This document shows positions 25,933 to 38,078 of a stretch of 64,000 bases of DNA, one piece after another; position 1 is the stretch's first letter; each line of letters begins with the position of its first letter. The position numbers and the translations under genes were made by a program. The notes beneath the pieces were generated by a model. It was not told the DNA's origin. It ran no database searches and was given only the letters and a program-made list of their open reading frames with translations. Source of the stretch: Tubulanus polymorphus. Its lineage: Eukaryota; Animalia; Nemertea. The DNA is taken from positions 15,128,110 to 15,192,109 of the forward strand of contig NC_134030.1 of the NCBI RefSeq assembly GCF_964204645.1. Direction: 5' to 3'.

Positions 25933-26192
25933 CAAGGCTGTAAATAAGCGGCCGGTCACGGACATTGGCCGGCTCAAAACGCTACAATGTCCGTTGCAAA
26001 ATCGCTCCTGCCTGTCACGCTGACCGGCACGAAAATTTTCATGGATCTAATAGTTTTAGCTTTTTTGAACCGATATGAAAATAAATAGCGCCGTTTCCTA
26101 TCACCGATCAATTAATTCCGATGTTTATTGCGATAAATCGTGCCAGTTGTCTTCTGATCAATTCCGTTGCTTATTGCGGTGAAATCGCGCTA

Positions 26193-26801
26193 CCGTATTT
26201 TCCGGCCAATAAGCCGAGGGCAGTTTTTTAGCCTAAAATACATGGATTTCATAAAACTTCGCCCAATAAGCCGAGGCCCTTCATCAGAGATTTTAATTCA
26301 CTGATTTGTCAATTAGTTCGTCTTAATTGACGATTTAAGAGGCTGACAGTAGCGCCCGCCGATGTGTGAGAGTGCTGTGTATACTATCCATCGCCGAGTG
26401 ACTGTGCTTTATATAGACTCACTCAACTGATTACTATACACACAGCCATACACGCAGTACGCGGCTCACTGCTGATTTGCATATATACTAATGTATGAAC
26501 TGATACGTGGTAGTACGATGAACTCGCGCGTTATATAAATGTATACCATTGCCGCTGTGCGGTGATGGAACAATCAAAGTAAAAATAAAATAGTTCAAAA
26601 TAGATTATAATTGGTAGTAAATAATGACCTCAAATAAATATCGACCACTTTTCTTGATTTTGACGATCATTGAGAGCATTAGAGTGGCATAGATCAGGAA
26701 GTGATTTTTTATGTCAGATCGTATCCGCCCAATAAGCCGATCACAATATTTTGGGTAAAAATCTGAGGCCAGAAAATCGGCTAATTGGCCGGAAAATACG
26801 G
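26193..26801. mobile_element. Tc1/mariner (Tc2/pogo-type) MITE
   Basis: TIR CCGTATTTTCCGGCCAAT at both ends, TA on both flanks, internal CCAATAAGCCGA repeats. Confidence 0.88.
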
Positions 26802-26957
26802 TAGTTCTGTTCAGTCAGTGTAGCCATCTGCTAGCTCCACCGCACCACGTGTTGTCACAGTTCAAGTTCAAGTTCAAGTGTCAAGCTTGCGCAGGCAAAC
26901 GCGGAAGTAAAATATACTTTTATTACCGGGTTCGCGATATTTTGGAAAGCGTTCACG

Positions 26958-29897
26958 ATGTCGAAAAAACGTCTGTTAAAAGTAAATACTGTTAAGAAAT
27001 GGATTACGGATGACTTGGCTACGCAAAATGCAGACGTGTGGTTGGATTATACAGAGGATGCCGACGGAGTGGTGACAGACTTAAAATGCAAGTGGTGTAC
27101 ACGGTATCAGAAGACCATACGAGTGATGAAAGATTTTTCAAATGCCTGGATCGTTGGTTCAAAAAACTTGAAACTGTCAAATGCAAAGGATCACGCCAGT
27201 ACAAGATGCCACATAAGAGCAGCTGAGCTTCTCAAGAGAGACACAGGATTTCAGGTTGGTCTCCCATTTTCCATGAAATTAAATTCAAATTCAAATTAAT
27301 TTATTCATTTAGAAAAATTTAAGTCAATGCATCATTGTGCCTCTTTTTAAACATTAATTGACCTTGCACCATATTAAAAAAAAGTTTTTTCTTATAAAAT
27401 ATTGATCCCCATGCCACTCTTTCCATGCGGGGTGTGACCGGACGTAACAGTCTCCAGTCGATGTGTGTGGTCGGGCAACACTCGACGGTGGCTTACGCAC
27501 TTTGTACTCGACATACAATAGCTCCAGGCACTCACACAATACACTGCGCATATAACGGAGCTAGATCGACGAAATAAAACTTCCGGGGCCCCACACGGGC
27601 CCGAAAAAGGGTAAAAAAAATGTTTGAATTTTTTTTTTAGGGGGGTCCTACCGACCCCTGATTTTCAAAACCAACCGCAAACCTCCTGAAACATGCTATT
27701 TTAGCCTAGGGAAGCATATTAGACCATAGAGAAGACTTAGAAGTGGATATTTTAGGAAATAATTTTTTTTCAAAATAAAGTTAGCAAAATCTCAGGGTTT
27801 GAGATTTATTAAGTTAACATGGAAAGATTTTCTAAATTATATCTTTCAGGTTGGCCTTCAAAAAACTGACCCAACCCAGCCTCCGATCTTAGCTAGTTTC
27901 ACCAAAGTTGACAGTCAGAGAATCAGCTTCAGCGGAAATTTTAAATTGCATACTTTGTTGCAAAGAACGAACTTCCATTCACAGTTTACGAGGAAATTGT
28001 GAAGCTAGAAAAACATCACGGAGTAGATATTGGTGAAGCGTACGTAAACAGGGTACAATGTGGCGAGTTTGTAGACATTCACGGAAAATATCTTTCTGAT
28101 CAGTTGAAGAACGAGTTGAAAAACTCTAGATATTTTAGTGTGCTATCTGATGGATCCACAGATCATAGTGTGATTGAAAAAGAATGCTCTTATGTTATGT
28201 ACTTTGATACAAAATGTGAAAACCCAGAACCAAAACTGGTTTTCTTGTATTTGAAAGATTTGTACAAAGCCAATGCGGCTGGTATTAAACAGGCAATCGA
28301 ACAAAGTTTTGAAAGGATAGACATTGATAAAACTGAGCTCTATTCCAAACTGATCGGCTTTGGTGCCGACGGAGCATCAGTAAACAGTGGCCAAAAGAGT
28401 GGTGTTTCAAAATTACTCAAGGATGAATGTCCCTGGCTCATTTTTCAGTGGTCCATTGCTCATAAACTTGAGTTAGCCTTAAAAGATGCACTTGACCAGA
28501 CCTTTTTCAAAGATGTTGACCACATGTTAATGCGCCTATTCTATCTATACCACAAGTCTCCAAAGAAACTTGCAGAATTAAAAAATCGTGCATCGCTAGT
28601 AAACAACACATTTGAATGTACTGAGGGTTCCCTGAAGCCCAAAAAGGCATGTGGTACTAGACGGATATCTTTCAAACTTAATGCCTTACGCTTGGTGTTA
28701 GACAAGTACGGTTTATATATCATGCACCTAGAGAATCTGTCCACTGAACGAAACAGCCATGATGTTCAAGGTTACTTGAAAAAATGGAAAACTAGTAAGA
28801 TGCTCATTCACATTGCATTTTTCATCGATGTTCTGACACCCCCATCAGTTTTGTCAAAGTCAGTTCAGAGTGAAGGCATCGATATTGTCAGTAGTGTGGC
28901 AGCTGTCAGAATTGTGAATGAAAAAATGCAGAAACTGGCAAACAAAAATCTTGAAAATATGACCGTCACAAAACATCTCATGAGTCAAATCAAGCGTGAA
29001 GGAGACCAATGCTCGTATCAGGGTGTCAGGTTCTCTTCACGATCATTTGACTCCAGCTTAGAATATTGTAGAGCACGCAAAGACCCTATCATTGATGCTG
29101 TAAACACGTGTATTTCTGCTCGCCTTGAGAATTCTGTTGTTGAAAAGGTTGAAATTGTTTTGAACACCGAGCTTTGGTTACCAAAATCAAAAATGCTCAG
29201 TGAGCCTGATTCAACTGATGATAGTGTTGTGGGTGAAGAATTTGCTGATGCGGAAATAACCGAAGTGTATCAGCACTTTCAAGCCAGCATTGGGCTTTCC
29301 TGCCCAACAGTAACAGTGACTGAGGAGTGGCACGACCTGGTAAGTTACACACTTGATTTTCTGAATCCATCAAAGAGCAACTACAAAGATGTGTGGAAAT
29401 TAATTTTCCATTCTTCTCATGCCAAGATAAGGTGGCAAAACATCATTGCATTGATTGAACTTTAGTTTTGCATTCCAGTCAGTAATGCCAAACTGGAGCG
29501 TCTCTTCTCAAAACTCAAGCGCATCAAAACTACTGCACGGTGTTCTCCTGGCGAAGTCAGGCTAACTAATTTGTTGCGCATATTGGAGGAGGGCCCTCCA
29601 GTTGGCAAGTTTGATGTGTCCCCTGTAGTTGCTCTCTGGAAGGAAAGAAAAGTGAGGAGGCCAAATCAGAGAGCTGGAAGGAAGTACAAACAAAGGAAGA
29701 GAAGGAGGAAGTATTATGATGTCGAAAAGAGTGAGGCTCTGCAGGATACTGAAGAAGATGACTCTTCATCTTCAGACTCATCTGATGATGAAGAAGTGAT
29801 GAGAGCTGAAGCAGAGGATCGCAGGACCTGGTGGTTCGATAATTTCCTAAGTGCCTCTGAAGATGAAGAATCTGAATTTGAAGGTTGGGATGATTAG
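26958..29897 (+). pseudogene. hAT transposase pseudogene, two exons (26958-27254; 27850-29897), with a frameshift near 27920 and stops near 27945 and at 29463
   Basis: N-terminal CxxC...H....H finger, FSVLSDGSTD, GFGADGASVN, AHKLELA, and dimerization motif PVSNAKLERLFS. Confidence 0.9.
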
Positions 29898-29939
29898 TAC
29901 TGAGTGGTTATTCTGTCTTGATGTTGACTTGGAATTTAC

Positions 29940-30297
29940 AACTACAATATTCAGACCTCGACCTATACTTGTAGTTTGCTGCTTAATATTTTCAGGTCAC
30001 AAGAAATTACAATTTATTACAAATTCTATCAAACAGAAAACACAGCGCTCATCTTCTGCTACAATTGTTCAGCCTATTTTCATGTCAAACGTGCACGCGT
30101 TACAGCATCACCTATAGTTGTGTACTGTACAAGCTTGTGTGTGTCGTGTAGCACTCCGCGCGCACGTGGAGGCCTCGTGTAAGTGAATGTTTGCTTACTC
30201 TTCAATGTCAATCAAAACAATCACCGGGTATTGAAATGAAACAATACCTATGGCGGATGTGTGAAATAATTACATCCTCACCAGCAATGAGCATTTG
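29940..30297 (+). repeat. About 360-bp dispersed repeat; second copy at 43694-44055
   Basis: Colinear match from ACTACAATATTCAGACCTCGACC to CAGCAATGAGCATTT. Confidence 0.85.
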
Positions 30298-31139
30298 AAA
30301 TTCGCACATAAACTGCACCTTGTCCAATGAAACGTACACCATACTATGGCTTTCCCATAATTATTTTAGTAGCGCCTGAATTCCCCGTATATCCCAAAAA
30401 CAGCCAATCCCATTCGCTCATAGAGATGACGCCCACCAATCGAGGTCATTGCAATTTTATACGCGAGAGCTAAGAATTCTCCCGCCAAAAACAGTTTTTC
30501 GTAGAATTTTTAACTCAGTTGACCATGTCATCGACAGAGGTTTGCCATGTCTTCAATCGCATCGATTATACGTCGTTTAACCCGAGAACCAATGAAAAAA
30601 ATGCTCACATAAAAAAAACGTACCGCTATTTTACATGAATTGGCTCAATGCCAACATCATATCGCTGACAAAGGTAAACCAAAAAACCATTGGCGATCAA
30701 TCCAAATTTAGAAAATATTGGCATTTAGAAAGAATCTTTCTCTGTGGTCGGGTAAGAAACCTTTGATCAAAGACACTCAGTGACAGTTACGTTATGTTTA
30801 AATGATAATTCTTTTTAGACAAAATAAACTCTATTCATAAAAATGCGTAGTTTGTTTTGTTTGTAGACGTCATAGACATTAACCGATGCTAAAAATCAAA
30901 TAGAAATCTAAAAGAATAAAAGTTTCATTGTATAAATATGATTCCAATTCCAAGTGAGGAGATATATCCTATGCCAGTTCTAATAAAAGTCAGATATCAA
31001 GACTATAAGTTGAAACCTGTTGATATTTTCCTAAAAACCCGTCTTCCACCTACGCATGAATACTGATGACACTAAGATGGCCACCAATTGCGTGCTAATT
31101 GGTTGATCGAAAAATTCCTGCCTGATGTATTTAAGAGCT

Positions 31140-31380
31140 CTTTTCATACAATGCAAATCACAAATTCCAAAGAAAAATGGCAAACCATTGGGAAGCAGCA
31201 GGTCTCAGAATTCAAGCCATCATTGACATTTTTGGCACAAATAAGGTCAGAGGACAGCCACCTTGAGTCTGGCCGACCAAATTTTTCTCATGCTGATGGG
31301 TCCTTGGGGAAAACAAATACATGTAAAAGATAAAATAATTGATCGAAGACTCATTCAAAATTTCCCTCCAAAACTTCAAC
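31140..31380 (+). repeat. Dispersed repeat; second copy at about 56765-56995
   Basis: Shared AAAAATGGCAAACCATT...TTTTTCTCATGCTGATGGG...AAAATTTCCCTC. Confidence 0.7.
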
Positions 31381-31914
31381 TAGAAATTCTAACAAGAGGC
31401 CCACAGGGTTTCTAGATGGCCACCCTACTGGCAACCATATTTGATCACAACGACCTTTTTTTTCAAGACATATCATGGGGCAGACATCTCACCAGACCCA
31501 ATCGTCATGCTAATTTTCAAAAAGATCTGTCGCGAATTTCAGCAAATTGCTGTGTCGAATTTGATTCAATTCCACACACACCTGATGGCTTGGCTTAGGC
31601 CTATGCACACAAATCAATTAAGATTTGACTTTTTAACAAGAGGACTTCAAAGTCCTGAGGTTCGAAGTAGTTGCAAGTTGCTGAAAGGCATTTTCATCTA
31701 CTAAGCGAATAAAGAGATTTCTATGAGAATTGACATACATGTACCTGGATATGAAACACAACGAACCCCTCATATAATTAGTTTCTTTTCTAACCACTAC
31801 GGGAGGTAAATTTTGAATAATGATTCTAGCATCCATTTTCCATGTGTAATTCAGTCATTTTATTATAGAAATAAAAAAAAGTGAGTACTAATATGACTAC
31901 ATGTACATATGTAT

Positions 31915-34420
31915 AGTACGCAGACCATATTTACTAAATACAAGTATATAACACACTCCTATCCGTATGCTGGACTCACACTTGACATTCAGAGATAACT
32001 GCTGAGCCATTTGGAAGACCTATAATTGATACTGTTTCCTAATAGCCTGTTTAGTAATGGCTGATGTAGTGCCTTATCAAATGCTTTGTCGTAATCCTCC
32101 GTTGAACTTGATTCTAAGACTATGCAGAAAACCCGTTATCGCTGCTTTGCAGCTATATTAATTGTTATTAATTTTTCCACACTTTTTTTGTCAAAAGTAC
32201 ATAGGCTTTCTAACCTTACCGCTGTTGCCGATACAATCCGTCTGAAATCATACAGCTCACTTTGATCTACAAATACTCAATGCGAAATTTTGAAGAATCA
32301 ACGTAAAAAAAAAGCACTGTCGGGCCGTAAACATCGGAAATTGGGCCCCATTCAAAGATATGTATTTCTAATTCGTCATTCCGAAATCTACCGCAGGTTT
32401 CTTGTCACGTCGATTTCAATTCAACAAAAATTAATAAATTTATTACCCCAATGATTGCACAATCAGCCACAGTCTTTGAACAGTAATTTTAACAATAATC
32501 AATTTTCTTCATCAGTAAATATTACCGATCCATGGGTTTTTGCGAGTTTCTCCTCATCATGAAAATGTAATCAAGTACAAATAAATTTATAACAACAGAT
32601 GATTTGGCTACAGGCTTAAAAAAATTAGTTAAACAATATCAACTTTTTCTTTACCAAACTTATCGTATATTTACTAAAATAGGATAAATCATTAGAGTAC
32701 CAGTGAGTCATAGGCCTAAACTGAACACTCCAAACAGATGCAGCGGAGAAAAGCTGTTGTGTCGACGAGGTTTCAAAATAAAAGAATTTATTACTTGATT
32801 TGGCCGCAGGCTTCAAACATTTATCAATATTTAATTTTTTACAGTACATATCGATCTTTATCAAATCCACAAGATATTTACTTAATGCAGGTATATGACA
32901 CACTTATCCGTAAGCTGGACTCATGCTTGATATTCGGAGTAAGTATTCGCCATGGGGATAGGAGATCCTTTCTAGGTCGCTAGAAGTGTTTATTGATACT
33001 GAGCTTTACTGTCTCAAACAAACACAGTATAATTGTTGTGATAATTAACGGACTGATGGATTGAACTTCATAACAAAATTTGAAATAAAAATCCGGCAAC
33101 ATTGCTACGACGTACAAATGATTTCTTTCTTCATTATCCGCAAATGAAATCGATTTTACCAATTGAATACCCCAGAGACCTATCCTTGTTGAATAAGGTG
33201 TAGGAGTATGATGTTTAGGAGGGTTGAAATTCAATAGGCCTAAGACCAATCTGTCAGGATGCTAGGCCTACGCATATACGTTGGCCTACATAGGCCAGTA
33301 GCCTCTACTAGGTTAAAGCTAAGTTCCCTGAAAAGGAGGAAACAAGATTTATTAGAATGCATGTATTAGTTATAAACTGGTTCTGACTTCCAATGATCAA
33401 TCACAATTATCAACGATATTTTATTGGCAAAAATGAAGTTTATTGAAAATTTTGTCGAAAATAGTTGTTTCTGTTTGAACAAACTTTTTTTTAACACAAG
33501 GTCTTTCGTTCAAACAAATTGTTCGATCGAACAGGATCGTTTTCATTCAAACATCCATTCGAATAAGATTGTTTTCGATCAACAAATTTTTTTGTCGCGA
33601 CAGAAAGTTTTTTGACAGAAAAGTTTTTGTTCGAATGAAAAGTAAATTGTTCGATCGAACAGAATTGTTTCAATTCATACAAAATTTTCTTGTCTGAACA
33701 TTAAGTTATTTGTTTGAACAAGTATATTGTTCGATCAAAGCATTTTTCGTTCCAAAGAACAAAATTTTGATGGAACGAAATGGTCTTTTCATTATAATGA
33801 GTAATCTTTATTCGAACAAAATAATCTTCGCACTCGAACACTAAGGTATAATCTGAACCCGGGTTTTCTTTGTATCCAATATCCATATCATGCCTTTTAG
33901 GTTGAAGCCCATCTTCCATGTTTCTGACCATGTACGTAACACAGCTTGTTTAGGTCGTTTTGGAAATTTACTTGGTCCAGTACATTTTGGATAACTGTGT
34001 TTATCATTTATCAGTACAGTGAAGAGAAAAGGACTTAGGATACAACCTTGCGTGACTCCACTAGCTAGAACGACTCATTCCATGATGAGGCGTTCTGTTG
34101 ATTTCGGCAACCTGTTTTCGTTTGGAGATAACTGCTATGCCATTTGAGCGACCCATCATTGATACTGTTTCCCAATAGCTTGTTCAACAATGACTGATGT
34201 TGTACCTTATCAAATGCATGTCGAAATCCATAAGTACTAATTAAGGCCAAACAGTCGATTTTCCAGAGTCAAAAAAGACCATCTGGTCCAGTTGTCCATG
34301 GCTAAAAGTAGGTCTACTTGACTGTTTGTTCACATTCCTTTTACAAAAACCATGTTGACCGATGAACAGTATTCTAAGACTGTGCAGAAAACCTGTTATC
34401 GCTGCTTTCCAGCTATATTT
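31915..34420. repeat. Composite repeat of CR1-type RT relics, GTTCGA(T/A)C-rich block and HINE 3' ends, shared with 59281-63578
   Basis: 31990-32990 matches 62095-63160; 33240-33740 is the inverse of about 59850-60760; 33940-34240 matches 61910-62200. Confidence 0.75.
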
Positions 34421-34884
34421 AAGCATTTGTTATTCTGGAACATATATACGAAGTTCCAGCGTTTAATGGGTTAACTTCCACATGTCTCCCAGCTTGGACG
34501 TATGGACGGATATGGGGGACGACAATAGCCCTCATCCAAAGGCCGGGGGCAAAAAAGGAGGATACAATGTTTCGATTTTTCAGTGAATATCATTGTCATT
34601 TGAAAGGATGTAATGGAAATATAGGGCTGAAATATTGTGCCTTCAGCATTGAATTATCGACTAAGAGTTTGGAATTCATGGAAATATTGGTATTTACATC
34701 AAATTATTTGAAAACATATTAGGTTATCAGATATTATTCAGCCTTTTATTTGAAGTAGTCAAGTTGATTGGGCTAGTGGTTATAAAACTCATCATATCTC
34801 GTAACACTATATGAAGCTCTTTAACCAGATCCATATTGAACACTAGAAATAATCAAATATGCAAAAAGTTATCTGTCTTCCTAC

Positions 34885-34974
34885 CTGTGTAATCGTGAGC
34901 AGGGAATAGTATGAAATGATCTGGTAAACTAAATATTTTTCCATGCACAGAATCATGTAATAAACCAGGATCCC
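34885..34974 (-). CDS. ETHE1: ETHE1 exon, 90 nt ((G)DPGLLHDSVHGKIFSLPDHFILFPAHDYT)
   Basis: AG/GT-flanked, phase 1/1, conserved PAHDY motif; absent from the ORF track. Confidence 0.95.
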
Positions 34975-36021
34975 CTAGAAATGAAAGAAAAAAACATTGG
35001 CCATTAGAAGTTATGTTCCTTCTCATCTACACCTTTAAACTTGTGTAATCGGTGTTTCAGAGCACCTTAGGCAATTTATGTAGGTATTGATTACTTAAGT
35101 AGTATTCTAGTCACAATTACCAATGAGGGTTCAGGGAGCTTAACGTATAATTATCACCATTTGTGAGATTAGAATAAATATATGATTTGACTGCATCAAA
35201 GCGGCTTCTGATGCCATCCAAAACGTTGAGTTTGCTCTAATCTGACCTATTGGCTTTGGGATCTTAATGGTTAAAAGATACTTTAATTTAGACATCTACA
35301 ATTATGCCTGGCAGCCTAAAATACCCCCTGCCATACACTCTCCCCCACTTTAAAAGATGCTTATGTTGAACATAAATATACCTTAAACCTGTCACTCTCA
35401 TATCAAGTTTCATAGATAAGTATCAGATATTCCAGGCTGTGTCGTACTAACAAGAAATTCAAGATCAGCCATCTTACAAAATAAAATGCACATGCACAAT
35501 AACATACCCAGACAATCATACGTGCCAAGTTACAAGAAGGGAGAGCTAGAAGTTTAGGAGGAGACCTCTAGACAAGATTTTTTCCATAGAAAGACTCCAT
35601 TTTAATAACCCCCTACACTTCGTTGAGGGGGGGTTTAAAATGGCCAACTGAACCATAGCCGGTAGTGCACATTTAACATTACTTCAACCTAATCGCAGTT
35701 AGTCACAGCGGCAGTAAGTACTTTCACACAGGGCTGCCAACCTCTGAAAAGTGCTATCAGTAACAAGTAGAATTTTTTTCAGTACCATTTCACTGAAATA
35801 TGAAAGAAAATGTGATGTGGAATTCACTACAGGAGGACCAACAACCGTGTCAAAGATATTAAAATTCAAATCTGGTAATTTGAAACATTATTTATGGGAC
35901 GAATTATTATTAGAAACATCACATCTATCGGACACGGGAATAGATTGAAATGTAATCGACGATATGCTTGGTCGGATGTCTAGTGAATATGTATTCTGCA
36001 CAGGAATATCCAGACCTGAAT

Positions 36022-36300
36022 TTAACCCTTTAACCGGCAAGTATTTTTCGGCCTGTGAGTGATTTTGGACCTTACAAGGGGAAAACTGAATAACTCAGTA
36101 GATATGAGGGATAACCCCATATTGCATGTATTTTATAAAAGCTCTTTTCATAAGCTTTCGAATGGTACCAATGGTATCGAATGGTACCAATCAAATGGTT
36201 GCGAACTTTGGTGGTGACCTTCAGGGTCTGGCCCCAAGGTCACAGATCCCAAGGTCATCCAGATTTTAGGGCCATCCATAATCAAGCACTGTCATCAGAT
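36022..36300 (+). repeat. TTAA-CCC-headed repeat (possible piggyBac-type MITE); second copy 37112-37641 ends GGGG-TTAA
   Basis: Two colinear copies starting TTAACCCTTTAA; the TIR match is only about 3 bp. Confidence 0.45.
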
Positions 36301-36799
36301 TGATCTATGCAAATTCTCTTCTCATTGGAACAAATACAACCCTAATTCATCGCTTGCAGCTCGTCTCATTACAAGAACTAAAAAGTTTTACCATATTACT
36401 CCAGCTTTGGTTAAGCTTCATTGGCTTCCAATTTGTGCCCGTGTTGATTTTAAAATTCTTCTCCTTGTCTATTAGTGTTTGCATGGTCTTGCTCCTGCTT
36501 ATCTTGAATCACTTGTCAGTGTTTATAAGCCTGTACAGCACTTCGTTCTAGTCAAGACAGAACCCGTCTTATTGTTCCTGTCTCAAATCGTTCTTCGACC
36601 AACAACCGTGAAAGTCCCTCGGTTGACTCTTTTAAAGCTTGCCTTAAAACATACCTTTTTAAAAAAATCTTATTGTTCTTATCTATAATTGTACAATTGT
36701 TTTAAATATGCTGCATATGTTTTATAATGTAAAGTGCTTAGATTATGATTTTTAGTTAAGCGCTATATAAGAAAATAAATGATCATTATATTATTATTA
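36300..36799 (+). mobile_element. L2-clade LINE 3' fragment
   Basis: DYANSLL...HITPALVKLHWLPI..RVDFKILLL...GLAPAYL; tail GCGCTATATAAG...AATAAA...TATTATT. Confidence 0.8.
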
Positions 36800-38078
36800 A
36801 TTCTAATTGCACTGTTCTGGCTATTCCTGGCTATAACATTTTTAACTCTAAGATAAAGCACATTCTTCAGCTTGTATTGGCACATTCACGATGAATATAA
36901 CCCAAATACTTATTGGGCTAAAGACTTTGGAAGTTACCTCAAAAGTTAGCCAAAAAGATGTAGATTATTAGTCTTTATGAATTTTTGCCAGTACTGAAAG
37001 CACTATTTAAGCTCATTAATCTTCGTTCGAATAAATATCGTTATAATGCTAGATCTCGAAATTTCCCTCTAACAACACATCACAAATCAACTTTGTATTA
37101 CCAATCATCTCTTAACCCTTTAAGCGGCAAGTATTTCTCGGCCTGTGAGTGATTTTGGACCATGCAAGTGGAAATCATAATAACCCCATAATAGTATGTA
37201 TTTTATGAAAGCTCTTGTCACAAGCTTTCGAATGATACCAAGTTTGCAAACTTTCGGGGTTACCTTCAGGTCCTGACCCCCAGGTCTGAGATCCCAAAGG
37301 TCATCCAGATTGTTGGGCCAACCATATTCAAAACTGTCATCAGATTCATATCAGCCAAACTCACAAGAGCACGTCTTTTGTGCATTGGACATTACTGCTG
37401 ACGATCTTCTCAACATAAGAAATTTGACCCACGTGACACGTGATTTCTTTACCGTCTACTACATGCCAATTGTATAATATATTACTTTCCTGCTTTGTTA
37501 GACATTGTAGGCCATCTGGTGTCACCATCTCCTCACAGGAAAATGGGTAAAAATACTTTGCTGAAATCAATACTTGACTATTCTATTCAAAATAACTGTA
37601 TAACTGCTCTATTCATATCGGTCGCTAGCAACTGGGGTTAATAAGATACCAATACTTTGACAAAATTTAGATAATTCAATTTGATCCGCTAAAACAATTG
37701 AATCCTTAGTACATACTCAAGTAAATGTCGACCTAGGATTTTGGAAAAAGAATTCACTGCTTTTTCATGTACCCCTTCAAACTGTTTTGAGTACCTTTTC
37801 CCAGAAATTATTTTAAATTACAAGGAACCATCAGGTGAAGATCGTCAATGAGTTACAGGGCCGACAGAGTGGGGGCCCGGGTCCAAACACCCAATTTTTT
37901 TTCACCAACCCTTTTTAGGGTCCTTTTCTCATTTTGCCCATTATCGCATTGTATGGCCATCATGTAACAATAGCCGTACATACTGTACAGGGTGTGATTT
38001 GCGATTAAGCCCATCTGCGCGGGAATTTTAGGTAAATTAAGCGGTTTTCATACTAGATTCAGCTATGTTGTTAACAAT

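Larger units (their letters stand above)
25933..29897 (+). mobile_element. hAT DNA transposon (ZNF862-like transposase); candidate left TIR at 25933, right TIR not found
   Basis: CAAGGCTGTAAATAAGCGGCCGG start; transposase gene 26958-29897. Confidence 0.75.

Noticed and set aside
26250-26290. Minus-strand CTGATGA...CGAA as a hammerhead ribozyme core
   Set aside because: It lacks GAAA and convincing flanking stems; other CTGATGA hits are in coding sequence or also lack the core.
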